From positions 210,864,001 through 210,928,000 of the forward strand of contig NC_058368.1 of NCBI RefSeq assembly GCF_018350175.1: a stretch of 64,000 nucleotides of DNA. Reading direction: 5' to 3'. Positions 62,390-64,000 of the stretch are shown here, in pieces. The position numbers and the translations under genes are program-made. The first letter of the stretch is position 1; each line of letters begins with the position of its first letter. The notes beneath the pieces are model-generated. The model was not told the origin of the DNA. It searched no databases and saw only the letters and a program-made list of their open reading frames with translations. Origin of the DNA: Felis catus. Its lineage: Eukaryota.

Positions 62390-62645
62390 TACCTTGTGCT
62401 TCAATTTTTCCAAACACCTTCAGCAACTTGCCACTTAAGTGCCTCATTGCCTCAATATCGACATCTACAAAACTGCTTCCCCCCGCTCCCCCCCCCCCAA
62501 CCTGCTGCCCCGTTCTCTAAACTCACATCTCCTGGGGCTATTCATGGTATCATCAGTCACCCATGCACTCAGCCTAAAACCTACCTTGGGTTCATCTTCT
62601 ACTTCACCTCTGCTCTTCTATGTGTTATTCATCATCAAGTTCTAC
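62390..62645 (+). mobile_element. L2 fragment
   Basis: GACATCTACAAAACTG; CATCAGTCACCCATGCACTCAGCCTAAAACCT; ATCATCAAGTTCTACTG. Confidence 0.55.
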
Positions 62646-62647
62646 TG

Positions 62648-63720
62648 CTTTTTTTTTTTGAAATTGAAATTAAATTCATATAACATAAAATGAACCATTG
62701 TTAAAGCATACAATTCAGCAGCATTTAGTCCATTCACAGCGTTGTGCAACCACCACCTTCATCAAGTTCCAAAACACTTTCATCACCCCAAAGAGAACCC
62801 ACATACCTAGTAAACAGTCACCTCCATTCCCCTCATCCCTGGCCCCTGGCCACCACTAATCTGCTTACTGTCTCTATGGATTTATCTATTCTGGATACTT
62901 TACACAAATGGAGTCATACAGTATAAGACCTTTTGCATCTCGTTTCTTGTTTCTGGTTTTCATCTAAGTTTTTAAAGTTCATCCATGTTGTAGCATGTAT
63001 CAATATTTCATACCTTTTCCTGGCTAAATGATACTCCATTGCATGGATTACCACATTATGTGTATCCATTCATCTGTTGATGAGCATTTGGGTTGTTTCT
63101 ACCTTCAGACTATCACGAATAGTGCTGTTAGGAACATTCATGTACAAGTATTTGTTTGAGTGTCTGTTTTCAATTCTTCTGAGCATTTACTATCTTAGCA
63201 TTCTCCAGAGAAATCAAACCAATAGGTTTTTTTTCCACATAGACATATATAGAGAGAGAAAGATTTATTTTAAGGAATTGGCTCACATGATTTTGGGAGC
63301 TGGGAAGTCTGAAATTTGTAGGCCAGGCCAGGAGGTTGGAAGTTCAGGTAAGAACTGTAGTTTTGAGTCTAAGTTTTGCAGGTTGACACAAGGGAAACTC
63401 AGGCAAGGCTTGTTTCTGTGTTGCATACTTGAGGAGAATTCTTCTATGGGAATCCTCAGTCTTTGCTCTTAAGGCCTTCAAATGATTGAAGGGCCACTCC
63501 CATTATGAAGGGTAATCCGTTTTACTCAAAGTTTGATGATTTAAATGTGAATGACATTTGAAAAATACCTTCACAGCAACATCTAGACTGGCATTTGGCT
63601 AAATAATTGAGCACCAAACCCTAGCCAAGTTGACACATAAAATTGGCCATCATTTATACGTAGGAATAGAACTGGTGGGTCATACAGTAATTTGCTTAAC
63701 TTTTTGGGGAAATGCTGCCT
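62648..63720 (-). mobile_element. L1MB-like 3' end interrupted by MLT2
   Basis: AATTCATATAACATAAAATGAACC...GTTGTGCAACCACCACC; ACTAATCTGCTTACTGTCTCTATGGATT; resumes after 63652. Confidence 0.88.
63191..63652 (-). mobile_element. MLT2 (MLT2D-like) solo LTR
   Basis: ATTCTCCAGAGAAA...AGATTTATTTTAAGGAATTGGCTCACATGATT...CTAGCCAAGTTGACACATAAAATTGGCCATCA; flanks TTTAC and TTTAT. Confidence 0.88.
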
Positions 63721-64000
63721 TTGTACATTCTAGGACCCAATATCCATCATGAGGAGGTGAGGCTCCCCACACCCCCAATTCTCAGACACCAGTAGGGTAT
63801 TTGCCGCTTCGGATGCCACTCACAAGTCCAGGTTGTTTCCTGTCCTTTTGACAAACTGGCTCAATTATTTTAGAACTTAGTTGGGAAATGAAATGTCCTT
63901 TATTGTATCCCTTACCTGAAGACGTTTCTGTAAAAATAATTCATATGATTGTATTAATTTTCTTTTATGACTAATCTGATCTTGCTATCATGCAAGAATC

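Noticed and set aside
63765..63865. Possible MER21-like LTR fragment
   Set aside because: Too short and degenerate to call from recall alone

Overview
Mammalian genomic DNA, almost certainly felid, judged from the many tRNA-derived Can-SINEs, including the young SINEC_Fc-type subfamily, and carnivore-type L1 3' ends. The window is AT-rich and repeat-dense, so intergenic or deep intronic. I can support no intact protein-coding gene. It holds about 28 Can-SINE copies or fragments (many with readable target-site duplications, TSDs), L1/L2/MIR fragments, MaLR (MLT1) and MLT2 solo LTRs, hAT-Charlie and Tigger-group DNA transposon relics, and microsatellites. Best non-routine signals: (1) a 5'-truncated processed retrocopy of ZDHHC5 on the minus strand (11707-12271) with an open C-terminal frame ending in the PDZ ligand YEISV, a short 3'UTR, an A-tail and a 6-bp TSD; (2) an 803-bp ERV solo LTR with a perfect 6-bp TSD (1533-2335); (3) an unexplained 109-bp diverged direct repeat 949 bp apart (35230/36179). 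I found no convincing novel multi-component system. Repeat subfamily names come from my recall of consensus sequences, not a database search, and boundaries of old elements are approximate.
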